A stretch of 64,000 bases of DNA from an uncultured Verrucomicrobia subdivision 3 bacterium (GCA_903884535.1 CAISEZ010000050.1:16600-80599), one strand, 5' to 3'. Counted from the stretch's first letter, positions 8,264-16,487 are shown. The notes: a model not told the origin generated them from the letters alone. A program made the numbers and translations.

Positions 8264-8791
8264 GTGTTCCTCGATCGCGATGGCGTTATCAACCGCGCGT
8301 TGGAGCGTGACGGCAAGCCGTATCCGCCAACCAGCCTTGCCGAGTTTGAAATTCTTCCCGAAGTTCCCGCCGCGTGCGCGAAATTGAAGGCCGCCGGATT
8401 TTTATTGGTGGTCGCCACCAACCAACCTGATGTCGGCCGTGGCACTTTGAAACAGGAAATCGTCGAAACAATCCATGTCCACATGACGGCGCAGCTGCCG
8501 GTTGACCGCGTGGAAGTTTGTTATCACGCCGGCAAAGGTCTGATCGATTGTGATTGTCGCAAGCCCAAGCCCGGCATGTTGCTGCACGCCGCGCGTGAAC
8601 TCGGCATTGACCTGACGCAAAGCTGGATGGTCGGTGACCGCTGGCGCGATGTGGATTGCGGCCACGCCGCCGGCTGCAAAACCATTTTCATCGATCGCGG
8701 CTATGCCGAGGAATTGAAGCAGAAACCTGATTTTTCCGCTCGCCATCTGGGCGAGGCTGCGGACATTATCTTAGCCCAAACCAATCAATAA
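8264..8791 (+). CDS. gmhB: D-glycero-D-manno-heptose 1,7-bisphosphate phosphatase (HAD)
   Basis: FLDRDGVINR (DxDGT/V motif I), VVATNQPDVGRG (motif II), CYHAGKGLIDCDCRKP zinc-binding loop, MVGDRWRDVDCG (motif IV). Start is ambiguous. GTG 8264 gives the usual short N-terminus and leaves the heptamer array intergenic. The in-frame ATG 8204 would translate the array as KSEFRSQNSELK. Confidence 0.8.
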   Translation: MFLDRDGVINRALERDGKPYPPTSLAEFEILPEVPAACAKLKAAGFLLVVATNQPDVGRGTLKQEIVETIHVHMTAQLPVDRVEVCYHAGKGLIDCDCRKPKPGMLLHAARELGIDLTQSWMVGDRWRDVDCGHAAGCKTIFIDRGYAEELKQKPDFSARHLGEAADIILAQTNQ

Positions 8792-8795
8792 TTTT

Positions 8796-9518
8796 ATGAA
8801 GCGAACGCTGAAAGATTTGTCGGTCAAAATTTTCGCCGATGGCGCGGACAAGAAAGGCATGTTGGAACTCAACGCCAATCCGCTCATCCAAGGTCTCACA
8901 ACCAATCCGACGCTGATGCGCAAGGCGGGCTTGACGGATTTCGAGGCGTTCGCGCGCGATGTGCTGCAAACCATCACGGTCAAGCCGCTGTCGCTCGAAG
9001 TTTTTTCCGACGAGTTTTCCGAGATGAAACGGCAGGGCCTGAAAATCAACGGTTGGGGAAAAAATGTTTACGTCAAAATCCCGATCACGAACACGCGCAA
9101 CGAATCGTCGCTGCCGCTCATCAAGGAACTCACCAGCGAAGGCGTGAAGTTGAACGTCACGGCCATTTTGACTTTGGCGCAGGTGAAAGGTGTCGCGGCT
9201 GCGTTAAATCCGAATGTGCCGGCGGTGGTTTCCGTTTTTGCCGGGCGCATTGCGGATACCGGCGTGGATCCGGTCGGCATCATGCTCGAGAGCAAAAAGA
9301 TTTTGAAAGATCTGCCGCACGCGGAACTGCTCTGGGCCAGCGTGCGCGAAGTGCTGAATATTTTTCAGGCCAACGACTGCGGCTCACACATCGTCACCGT
9401 GCCGCATGATATTCTGGGCAAGGCGATCAAGATGGCCGGCATGGATCTCGGCGAGCTCTCGCTCGACACGGTGAAGATGTTTGCCAACGACGCGAAGGCG
9501 GCGGGCTTCACGCTTTAA
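8796..9518 (+). CDS. tal: Transaldolase (short, fructose-6-phosphate-aldolase-like subfamily)
   Basis: GLTTNPTL and VYVKIPIT (Schiff-base Lys block); 240 aa. Confidence 0.8.
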   Translation: MKRTLKDLSVKIFADGADKKGMLELNANPLIQGLTTNPTLMRKAGLTDFEAFARDVLQTITVKPLSLEVFSDEFSEMKRQGLKINGWGKNVYVKIPITNTRNESSLPLIKELTSEGVKLNVTAILTLAQVKGVAAALNPNVPAVVSVFAGRIADTGVDPVGIMLESKKILKDLPHAELLWASVREVLNIFQANDCGSHIVTVPHDILGKAIKMAGMDLGELSLDTVKMFANDAKAAGFTL

Positions 9519-10636
9519 GCGGGGCGCGCTTTCACGGCCGCTTGTTCCAGCCAGTCGCACACCGGCTCCACGACTTTGTCCCACGCAAAAGTTTTGGAGC
9601 GGTTCCACGCATTGACGCGGAGTTGCTCGTATTTTTCCGGAGCGCTCAAAATATTCAGGGCCGCTTCTGCAACCGCCGCCGGGGTTTCGTCGCCGGTCAC
9701 ATAGCCGGTTTCATCATGGACCGTTGAATCCACCAGTCCGCCGACCGGATAAACAATCGCGGGCGTGCCCATCGCGTTGGCCTCGATGACATTCAAGCCC
9801 CAGCCTTCGCGCACCGAGGTGTGCACCAAAAAATGGGCGCGCCGGAGCTGCGCGTTTTTTTCCGACTCGTTGAGCTGGCCGGCGAATTCGACGCGATCGC
9901 TGACGCCCAGTTCGCCGGCAGTTTCTTTCAACGCCGCTTCCGTGTCGCCGGTGCCCACGATGGTCAGACGGACATCCGCTTTTTTTTCCAGCAGTATTTT
10001 CAGTGCTTGGATGGCATGATCCACGCGCTTGTTCGGCGCAAGCCGGGAAACGGTTACGAGCCGCAGCGGCGTTTCAATCCGTTTGGGTTCCAGCACGGCC
10101 AGCGGCGTGGCGTCCGTGCCGTTCGGAAAAACATGGATGTCGCGGACGCCGTGCAACTGCAGAACTTTTTTCGTGGAATCGGACGGCGTCCAGAAGGGAA
10201 CCCTGCCGTAAAGCGAATGCGTCCAGCGCTCCTGCCACTGGCCCATGGCGCTGACCGGCCAGGAATAAAATGAATTCCAGATCGGCCCCAGCACTTCGTG
10301 GATGTAGGCGACGCAATTGGTTTTGGCCCACCACGGCGCAAACCACGGAATGCCGTGATGCTGGTCAATGACGAGATCAAACTGCGGTTGTCGCCGATAC
10401 CACTGCCGGGCTTTCAAAACCGAAGTGCCCTTGCCACCGCCGCGAATGATTTTTATTCCCTGAAAAATTTCTTCCGGCGACGCGCCCGGAAAATCATTCG
10501 CATACCAAAAAACTTGGTGACCGCGCTCAATCAAAGCAAGCAGGTAAGCCAGTGTCACACGCTCCGCGCCGCCGGCTTGCGGATTCTTCGGGTCGCGCCA
10601 ATTGAGCATCAGGAAACGCATTTGCAAATGGCTCAC
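9515..10636 (-). CDS. Glycosyltransferase family 4 (GT-B)
   Basis: REGWGLNVIEANAMGTPAI (E-x7-E region). Start is either GTG 10636 (GTGA overlap with the upstream stop) or ATG 10621. Confidence 0.8.
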   Translation of the reverse strand: MSHLQMRFLMLNWRDPKNPQAGGAERVTLAYLLALIERGHQVFWYANDFPGASPEEIFQGIKIIRGGGKGTSVLKARQWYRRQPQFDLVIDQHHGIPWFAPWWAKTNCVAYIHEVLGPIWNSFYSWPVSAMGQWQERWTHSLYGRVPFWTPSDSTKKVLQLHGVRDIHVFPNGTDATPLAVLEPKRIETPLRLVTVSRLAPNKRVDHAIQALKILLEKKADVRLTIVGTGDTEAALKETAGELGVSDRVEFAGQLNESEKNAQLRRAHFLVHTSVREGWGLNVIEANAMGTPAIVYPVGGLVDSTVHDETGYVTGDETPAAVAEAALNILSAPEKYEQLRVNAWNRSKTFAWDKVVEPVCDWLEQAAVKARPA

Positions 10637-11118
10637 AACCGCGAAATTTTTTCCAGCAGGCCGGTCGTGGATTTGCCGGGCACGAACGGCACCAGAACAA
10701 TTTTCCCGCCCGCTGACTCAACCGCACGGCGCTCGTCCTGATTCAACGTTTCCAAGGTGTAATCGCCGCCTTTGACGTAAATGTCCGGCTGCGCGGCGGC
10801 GAGAAATTTTGTGGCAGCCGTGTCCGTGAAAATGCAAACCCCGTCCACGCTTTGCAGCGCGGCGAGCACGGATTCGCGATCGGTTTCGGAATTCACCGGC
10901 CGGCCGGCACCTTTCAAGCCGCGCACGGCGGCATCGCTGTTCACGCCAATGAGCAACGCATCGCCACGATTGCGCGCATCCTCCAGATACGTCACGTGGC
11001 CGAGGTGCAAAATGTCGAAGCAGCCATTCGTGACGACCAGTTTTTTGCCGGTCGCGCGAAAAGCTTTTCGCCACGCCGGTAAATTGTCCCACGCGATGAT
11101 TTTGCTGCGGAAATTCAT
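10633..11118 (-). CDS. hldC: D-beta-D-heptose 1-phosphate adenylyltransferase (stand-alone RfaE domain II)
   Basis: LVVTNGCFDILHLGHVTYL (HxGH cytidylyltransferase-fold motif), 161 aa, ends in the VPFVPGKSTTGLLEKI block typical of RfaE domain II. Confidence 0.8.
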   Translation of the reverse strand: MNFRSKIIAWDNLPAWRKAFRATGKKLVVTNGCFDILHLGHVTYLEDARNRGDALLIGVNSDAAVRGLKGAGRPVNSETDRESVLAALQSVDGVCIFTDTAATKFLAAAQPDIYVKGGDYTLETLNQDERRAVESAGGKIVLVPFVPGKSTTGLLEKISRL

Positions 11119-11122
11119 CCGG

Positions 11123-14100
11123 TCATTTTGCCTGTGGTCTTTGTGAATTCAACATTTTCCACACACGCAATGCTTCCGTCACGCCCCAGGCCTGCGCGTC
11201 GCAGCCGCGTTGCGTGTGCGGCGCGTCGCCGTCGAGAATTTCGGGAAGCTGGCCGAGGCAGCCTTCACTCAGAATTTTTTCCGAACTGCCCAGATAACTT
11301 TTCGCCGCCGCCACGGCTGCCGGCGAAAAGTCCCATGCCGCCGCGAGCGCCTCGCAGAAAACCGGGAATGTCCACGTCCAGGCCGTGCCGTTGTGATACG
11401 CGGGTTTGCGGCGTGTGTCTTCGTCGCCCTCGTAGCGCGGCCAATACGGCTCCGGCGGGTTGTTGATCAACCGTCCATCATTGCTGTAAACCGGCAATGG
11501 AACCGCCACCGGCAGCGGCGCGAGCGACCGCAGCGCGCCCGGCACGACCAGATATTTTTGTGCGGCGGCGACGCAGCGCCGGGCGCGTTCGCCGGTGACA
11601 AGGCCGAGGCTCACGGCGAACAGACAATTGCTCCGCAGCGCGTCACTCGCCGTCGCGTCGCGCGCGCTGATGTGCGGTCCGGCCATCAAAACGTCGGCAA
11701 ACCAGCCTTGGTCTTCGAGCCAGAACAGTTTTTCAAATGACGCGGTCGCGTGGTCGGCAAGGTCGCGCCATTTTTTCTGTTCGGACTTGGGGGAAATCTT
11801 CTCAAGCTGTCGCAGCAGCCGAATCCACAACACTTGGATTTCGACCGGATAGCCTTCGCGCGGCGTGCCGGCGGGATAATTCGTGTCCATCCAGGTGAAA
11901 TGGCTCGGGCTCCAGATCAGCGCGGAATCGGCGTCCATGCGGATGCCGTTCGGCGTGCCGCGCGCGTAATTTTCCGCAATGCTCGTCAGCACGTCACGGA
12001 TCGTGCGGCGGCCATCGGCCCGCTGCGCATAAAACTTTTTGTCCGCCAAATCATCGCAGACCACGGCGAACCACAGCGGCGCGTCCGAGGTGTCGCGGTT
12101 GGAAACGTCGTTGCCGTGGATCGTGTTCGGCAGCGTGCCGTCCTTTTCAAATTTGGCAAACGTCAGCAGCAGTTGTTTTACTTCAGCCACCATGCCGGCG
12201 GCCAGCAGTCCGCGCGCACAAATCAGCGAGTCGCGGCCCCAGTCCAAAAACCACGGATAACCGGCGATGACGGTTTTGCCCTCGTCGCGGCGGACTACAA
12301 ATTGTTTGGCGGCACGCTCAAGCTGAACTTCGAAACTGGCAGCCGTATTTCCGCTTTCCGCTTTCCGCTTTCCGCTTTTGAGTTCCCCTGTTTCCGCCGT
12401 GAGCGTCACTTTCACCGCTGCGCCTTTCGCCAGCGGCAGATCGAACCAGCCGGGACTGTAAGCATCGCCACTGCCCGTTTGACCGCGAGTTTGCTCCACG
12501 GGATGCGGGATGTTTTCGCACCATTCCGGCTGCGGATGATACTCGCCGGCGTCGGCAAAAACTTTAAGCTGCCGGTCGGAGGCTGGCGTGAAAGCAAACC
12601 CGATTTGCTTGGGCAAACTGCGCGTGTTTGAACTGAAATGGAAATCCGCCCCGCTGTTGCGCTTGGTTTCGCTGTGAAAATTCCGGTCTTCAATGTCCGC
12701 GCGCACGGTGAGGCGGACGTCGGCACTGGCGGGTAATTGTTTACCGTGCGCGGATTTTTCCGTCGGCCGGTAAAAATGAAAGACGGTCGTGTTTTTCCCT
12801 TCCACCATTTCCGCGCGCAATTCGATTTCCACAAGGCGACCGTCGCCGGCATTCGCCACAAAATTCCACACGGCGGGCGAACCCGGTTGGAACGACGCGA
12901 GGTTTTTGAAATCGAGCGGCGAGAGAAATCCGTCGGCGTTTACCCAGACGCGGAGGCGTTTCACAAAAACGTGGCGGTCCACCGGCACGGCGGGATTGAG
13001 ATTCGCGCCGAGCGCACAGTCGTATTTGGAATTCACGCGGCCCAGATCCACGCACAAGCGCGCCATGCCGCCGAGGCCGTTCGTCAACAAAACCAGGTCG
13101 CTGGAGTGTGGAGTGCGGAGTGCGGAATGCGGAGTGGCGGGAAGAAAACGAACGGTCGCGGAAATTTTGTGCGCGGTGGCGGCGTAGCGTTCCAAAACCA
13201 ATGCGCCTTCGCCGGCGACCGTGCGCGGGGCAAAGCAGGCGACATGAGCATTCCCGGCGGGAATGGATTGAATGTGAATTGTGTCTGCATTTCCATTCCG
13301 CATTCCGCATTCCGCATTCCGCACTTCCAGTGTCGCGCGAAACGGGGCGCTGTCCTCGATCAGCAGCCAGTGGCCGGGCGGCACCAGCGTGATGCGGCGG
13401 GCGTAGAGCAGCGTCCAGTCAACGACGCGCGGGAACACTTTTCCGGCGCAAACTTTGGCTAATAAATCCGCGAAAGGTGTTTGGGAATCGCGCGCGGCGA
13501 ATTCGCCGGCAGCGGCGAGGAAATTTTCCGGCGACTGTTCGACCTGTTGCGCCAGCCAATGCCAGTCGAGGCCGTCAATCGTTTCGGCGGGAATGATTTT
13601 GTTTAGCGATTCCAACGCCCACGCGGCTTGGGCGCGAGTTCGGCGGTAAAGGTCGCCGCTCAAGCCGGCGGGATTTTCGGTTGGCGCGAGACAAAAAGCG
13701 GCGCCGGGCGCGAGCGTGAAAACAGTTTTTTGTTTCGATTCTGAAATTTTTGGCAGCGGCTGGCCAAGCAAATCAAATTTGAAATTTGAAATTTGAAATT
13801 TAAAATCGGTGGGCGCGAGTGCCAGCGCGTTTTCTTTTTCAACGTCAGTATTGACCAGCACCAAAACGGAATCTTTGCCCTCGGTGGATTCGCGGAGCAA
13901 GGCATACACCGGCGCGTCGGGCGCGCTCAACCGCGTAAGTTTCGCGCCGTCAAAAAAACACGGATGATCCGAGATGAGCCGGTTGAGCTGCGCCAGTTCG
14001 GGGACAATGTTTTCGGAGCTGTCCCAGTTCAAGCCGGTGTTGCCATGGACGCGGATTTTTTCAGCGGCGAGCCACTCGACGCCACTAGTGAAACCGAACC

Positions 14101-15550
14101 CGCCACTCGGACTGGTCAGTGCGCAGAGCCGGTTGCGCAGCAGTGACCAGGCGCGGCCCGGAGAAGTGTCGAGTGACGAGAGATGAGTGACGGGAAGCGT
14201 GCCCATCTTGTCACTCGTCCCTTGCCACTCGCCACTCTGTTTTGCGGCGAGCCGGGTGTTGTCGTGCGTTTCGGAATAATGAACGTAGCTGCCAACGCGG
14301 TCATCCTGGCGATTGGCGTAATCCAGATACCCGGCGACTTCCTGCCCTGAGTAATTTTGGAACAGCTCGGAATAGGCCCATTGCATGCCGCCCTCGGTCA
14401 GTAACAGTTCCGTCGCGTCCCACGAGCCGCCGAGACCTTCCAGCAGAAAAATGGTTTCGGGAAATTCTTCCTGCACGCGGGCGACGATGTATTGCCAGGC
14501 GGGCGCGGGAATTTTGTAGCCGGCGTCGCAGCGGAATCCATCCACGCCGCGCCGGCACCAGGTCAGCAGCGAATTGGCAATCAGGTCCCAAAGTTTGACG
14601 TCGTGCTGTTCGAGTTCGACCAGGTCTTCCCAAACGGTGCCCCACGCGCCGGGGCTGGCAAATTCGCCACCGGGATTTTTCAGAAAAAATTCCGGATGGT
14701 TTTCCTGCAAGGTCGAACCCCAGCCGGTGTGGTTGATGACGATGTCAATGAAGACGCGTGCGCCGAGCGAATGCGCGGCGCAGGTGAGTTCGCAAAATTG
14801 TTCAATGCCGGTGGTGCGCTTGTCGAATTCGACGAGCGCGGGATCCACGGCGGTCAGATCGAGCGCGGCATACGGACTGCCGAAGCGGCCGAAGCGCGCG
14901 TAGGTCGTCGGCGTCGGATGCACGGGCAGCAAATGAATGATGCGGCAGCCGAGTTTATTGACGATGAAGGGCAGTTGATGCGCGAGATCGCGGAACGTGC
15001 CCGACGGCGGCAGGGTAGCGTAACCGAGCGCTTCCAGCGATTTGAGCTGCGTCTCCAGTTTGGCATCGGCGGTGGTCGCCAGATTTTTCGTCGCGCCAAA
15101 CAAGCGGGTGAAGGCGCAGTAAATCGTGTTCGCCGTCCGCGCAAAATTGGGATGGACAGAAATACCGACGTCCGAACCGTCCGGCCAATGCTGCCAATTT
15201 TTTTCGTCGAGCAGATAAGCCTTGGCTTTGAAATAGCCGACTTCGGCGAGCGGCAGTTCAATTTTCCAGCCGTCGGCCGTGCGCTGCATCGGCACGTCGC
15301 GCCAGGACGAATTGGCGACGACGGCCTGTCCGGCGTGCGCGGAAATGATTTCCTGACGGCGGGCAGCGGCGCGGCCGAGGTTGGTGCGCAGGCGCGCGGA
15401 CCAGTTTTTTGGCGGCGCCGTTTTTTTGGCGGCGCGGATGGTAAAATAGATTTTGTCCCCGACAAAGCGCAGGCGGCGCTCGCCGGGGGCTGGAGACAGG
15501 ATTGGGCTGTGTAGTTCCACCGGAAAAATTTTTAACAGGAAGCGGCGCAT
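11123..15550 (-). CDS. Fusion protein: N-terminal GH13 alpha-amylase-family domain + C-terminal glycogen debranching (amylo-alpha-1,6-glucosidase, GDE_C) domain
   Basis: GH13 regions I-IV are readable: FIDIVINHTG, GFRCDAGYKIP, FLLEGLGG, YSETHDN. C-terminal half has PWFLDWGRDSLICARGLL and AYHNGTAWTW blocks of amylo-1,6-glucosidases. Start moved to ATG 15550 (MRRFLL) because the track start 15652 overlaps the divergent gene. Confidence 0.8.
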   Translation of the reverse strand: MRRFLLKIFPVELHSPILSPAPGERRLRFVGDKIYFTIRAAKKTAPPKNWSARLRTNLGRAAARRQEIISAHAGQAVVANSSWRDVPMQRTADGWKIELPLAEVGYFKAKAYLLDEKNWQHWPDGSDVGISVHPNFARTANTIYCAFTRLFGATKNLATTADAKLETQLKSLEALGYATLPPSGTFRDLAHQLPFIVNKLGCRIIHLLPVHPTPTTYARFGRFGSPYAALDLTAVDPALVEFDKRTTGIEQFCELTCAAHSLGARVFIDIVINHTGWGSTLQENHPEFFLKNPGGEFASPGAWGTVWEDLVELEQHDVKLWDLIANSLLTWCRRGVDGFRCDAGYKIPAPAWQYIVARVQEEFPETIFLLEGLGGSWDATELLLTEGGMQWAYSELFQNYSGQEVAGYLDYANRQDDRVGSYVHYSETHDNTRLAAKQSGEWQGTSDKMGTLPVTHLSSLDTSPGRAWSLLRNRLCALTSPSGGFGFTSGVEWLAAEKIRVHGNTGLNWDSSENIVPELAQLNRLISDHPCFFDGAKLTRLSAPDAPVYALLRESTEGKDSVLVLVNTDVEKENALALAPTDFKFQISNFKFDLLGQPLPKISESKQKTVFTLAPGAAFCLAPTENPAGLSGDLYRRTRAQAAWALESLNKIIPAETIDGLDWHWLAQQVEQSPENFLAAAGEFAARDSQTPFADLLAKVCAGKVFPRVVDWTLLYARRITLVPPGHWLLIEDSAPFRATLEVRNAECGMRNGNADTIHIQSIPAGNAHVACFAPRTVAGEGALVLERYAATAHKISATVRFLPATPHSALRTPHSSDLVLLTNGLGGMARLCVDLGRVNSKYDCALGANLNPAVPVDRHVFVKRLRVWVNADGFLSPLDFKNLASFQPGSPAVWNFVANAGDGRLVEIELRAEMVEGKNTTVFHFYRPTEKSAHGKQLPASADVRLTVRADIEDRNFHSETKRNSGADFHFSSNTRSLPKQIGFAFTPASDRQLKVFADAGEYHPQPEWCENIPHPVEQTRGQTGSGDAYSPGWFDLPLAKGAAVKVTLTAETGELKSGKRKAESGNTAASFEVQLERAAKQFVVRRDEGKTVIAGYPWFLDWGRDSLICARGLLAAGMVAEVKQLLLTFAKFEKDGTLPNTIHGNDVSNRDTSDAPLWFAVVCDDLADKKFYAQRADGRRTIRDVLTSIAENYARGTPNGIRMDADSALIWSPSHFTWMDTNYPAGTPREGYPVEIQVLWIRLLRQLEKISPKSEQKKWRDLADHATASFEKLFWLEDQGWFADVLMAGPHISARDATASDALRSNCLFAVSLGLVTGERARRCVAAAQKYLVVPGALRSLAPLPVAVPLPVYSNDGRLINNPPEPYWPRYEGDEDTRRKPAYHNGTAWTWTFPVFCEALAAAWDFSPAAVAAAKSYLGSSEKILSEGCLGQLPEILDGDAPHTQRGCDAQAWGVTEALRVWKMLNSQRPQAK
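12348..12375. repeat. Perfect tandem heptamer array (tttccgc x4) inside the GH13-GDE CDS
   Basis: Read directly; translated on the minus strand as KSGKRKAESGN. Confidence 0.85.
13103..13137. repeat. Heptamer array (ggagtgt ggagtgc ggagtgc ggaatgc ggagtgg) inside the CDS; inverted partner of 13294-13321
   Basis: Read directly; encodes TPHSALRTPHSS on the minus strand. Confidence 0.8.
13294..13321. repeat. Heptamer array (cattccg x4) inside the CDS; reverse complement of the 13103-13137 unit
   Basis: Read directly; encodes AECGMRNGN on the minus strand. Confidence 0.8.
13775..13802. repeat. Heptamer array (aaatttg x3 + aaattta) inside the CDS
   Basis: Read directly; encodes FKFQISNFKF on the minus strand. 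Confidence 0.8.
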
Positions 15551-15636
15551 TGCGAAATGGAAAATTGGTTTTTCTTTGGGTTGCGTTGGCTGCGGGGGCG
15601 AATTAACTTGGCGGCCAGTCGGTCGAACTTTTACGC

Positions 15637-16485
15637 ATGGCGACGATGACATTAAATCCGGGCGAGGAAGCTCAATTGTTGCAAACGATTGAGATGTTCG
15701 AGGTCATCGCGCAGTCGCAGCCGACGGACACGCAATCGCTGGAAATTCTCAAGGAGGCTTACTCGAAGCTGGCGCGCGAGGATGATGTGATCAACACGTC
15801 TAAACGGATTGCGCAGGCATATCTGCAGATGGGGCAGCTTTCGTCGGCGATCCTCGAATACGAAACCGTGCTGCAGCGGCGGCCGGAAGATGCGGATGTG
15901 CGGCAGGCGCTAAAGCAGATTGAAGAAAAAGCCAGCAGCTCGATGGCGCAGCCGTCCGCGGAGGCGATGGTCATGCCGTCGGTCTCGGAAACTTCGCTGC
16001 TGCGGAAAAAGGCGCGCACGGCGGCGAGCGAGGCGGTGGATGACGGGCGCAAGTCGCTCTATAAAATTTTCGTCGAAAGCAAACTCATCACCGCCGGCGA
16101 TTTTGATTTGTGCTGGCGTAACGTGGATGTGACCTCGTCGCCGGCGGATGTGGTCGAGCCATTCATCCAGACGCTGCATGAAAAGGGCGTTTCCCTGATC
16201 GATAAATCACTGCGGCTGCTCTCCGATAAATCGCGCGTGGCGTATTTGCCGCTGGACCGCTACGACATCGACATGGATTTGGCGCGCGGTTTTCCGGCGG
16301 ATGTCTGCCGCCGCTGGTGCGTGCTGCCCTTCGACCGGATGAGCAAGGCGATTCTGGTGGCGACGGCGAATCCCTTCAACCAGCAGGCCGCCAAGGAACT
16401 GTCGGCGGCGACCACGCACCGGCTACTGTGGTATGTGGCCGCGCCGAACGACATCGTGGGCAACCTGCGCAAGGCGTTTCGCTGA
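15637..16485 (+). CDS. TPR-repeat protein with C-terminal GspE/MshE N-terminal-like (T2SSE_N) domain, no ATPase domain
   Basis: N-terminal TPR-like helices (AQAYLQMGQLSSAILEYETVLQRRPEDADVRQAL). C-terminal VAYLPLDRYDIDMDLARGFPADVCRRWCVLPFDRMSKAILVATANPFN is the classic T2SSE_N fold signature. Confidence 0.7.
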   Translation: MATMTLNPGEEAQLLQTIEMFEVIAQSQPTDTQSLEILKEAYSKLAREDDVINTSKRIAQAYLQMGQLSSAILEYETVLQRRPEDADVRQALKQIEEKASSSMAQPSAEAMVMPSVSETSLLRKKARTAASEAVDDGRKSLYKIFVESKLITAGDFDLCWRNVDVTSSPADVVEPFIQTLHEKGVSLIDKSLRLLSDKSRVAYLPLDRYDIDMDLARGFPADVCRRWCVLPFDRMSKAILVATANPFNQQAAKELSAATTHRLLWYVAAPNDIVGNLRKAFR

Positions 16486-16487
16486 CC

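Noticed and set aside
8257-8310. ATG at 8257 directly after the heptamer array, considered as the gmhB start.
   Set aside because: It is out of frame with the GmhB motifs and terminates after 17 codons (MRGVPRSRWRYQPRVGA*). It is kept only as a possible uORF in the finding.
7591-13802. Heptamer arrays considered as a CRISPR array or a conventional microsatellite.
   Set aside because: The units are 7 nt with no spacers, only 4-5 copies occur per site, and no cas genes are present. CRISPR repeats are 23-50 nt separated by unique spacers.
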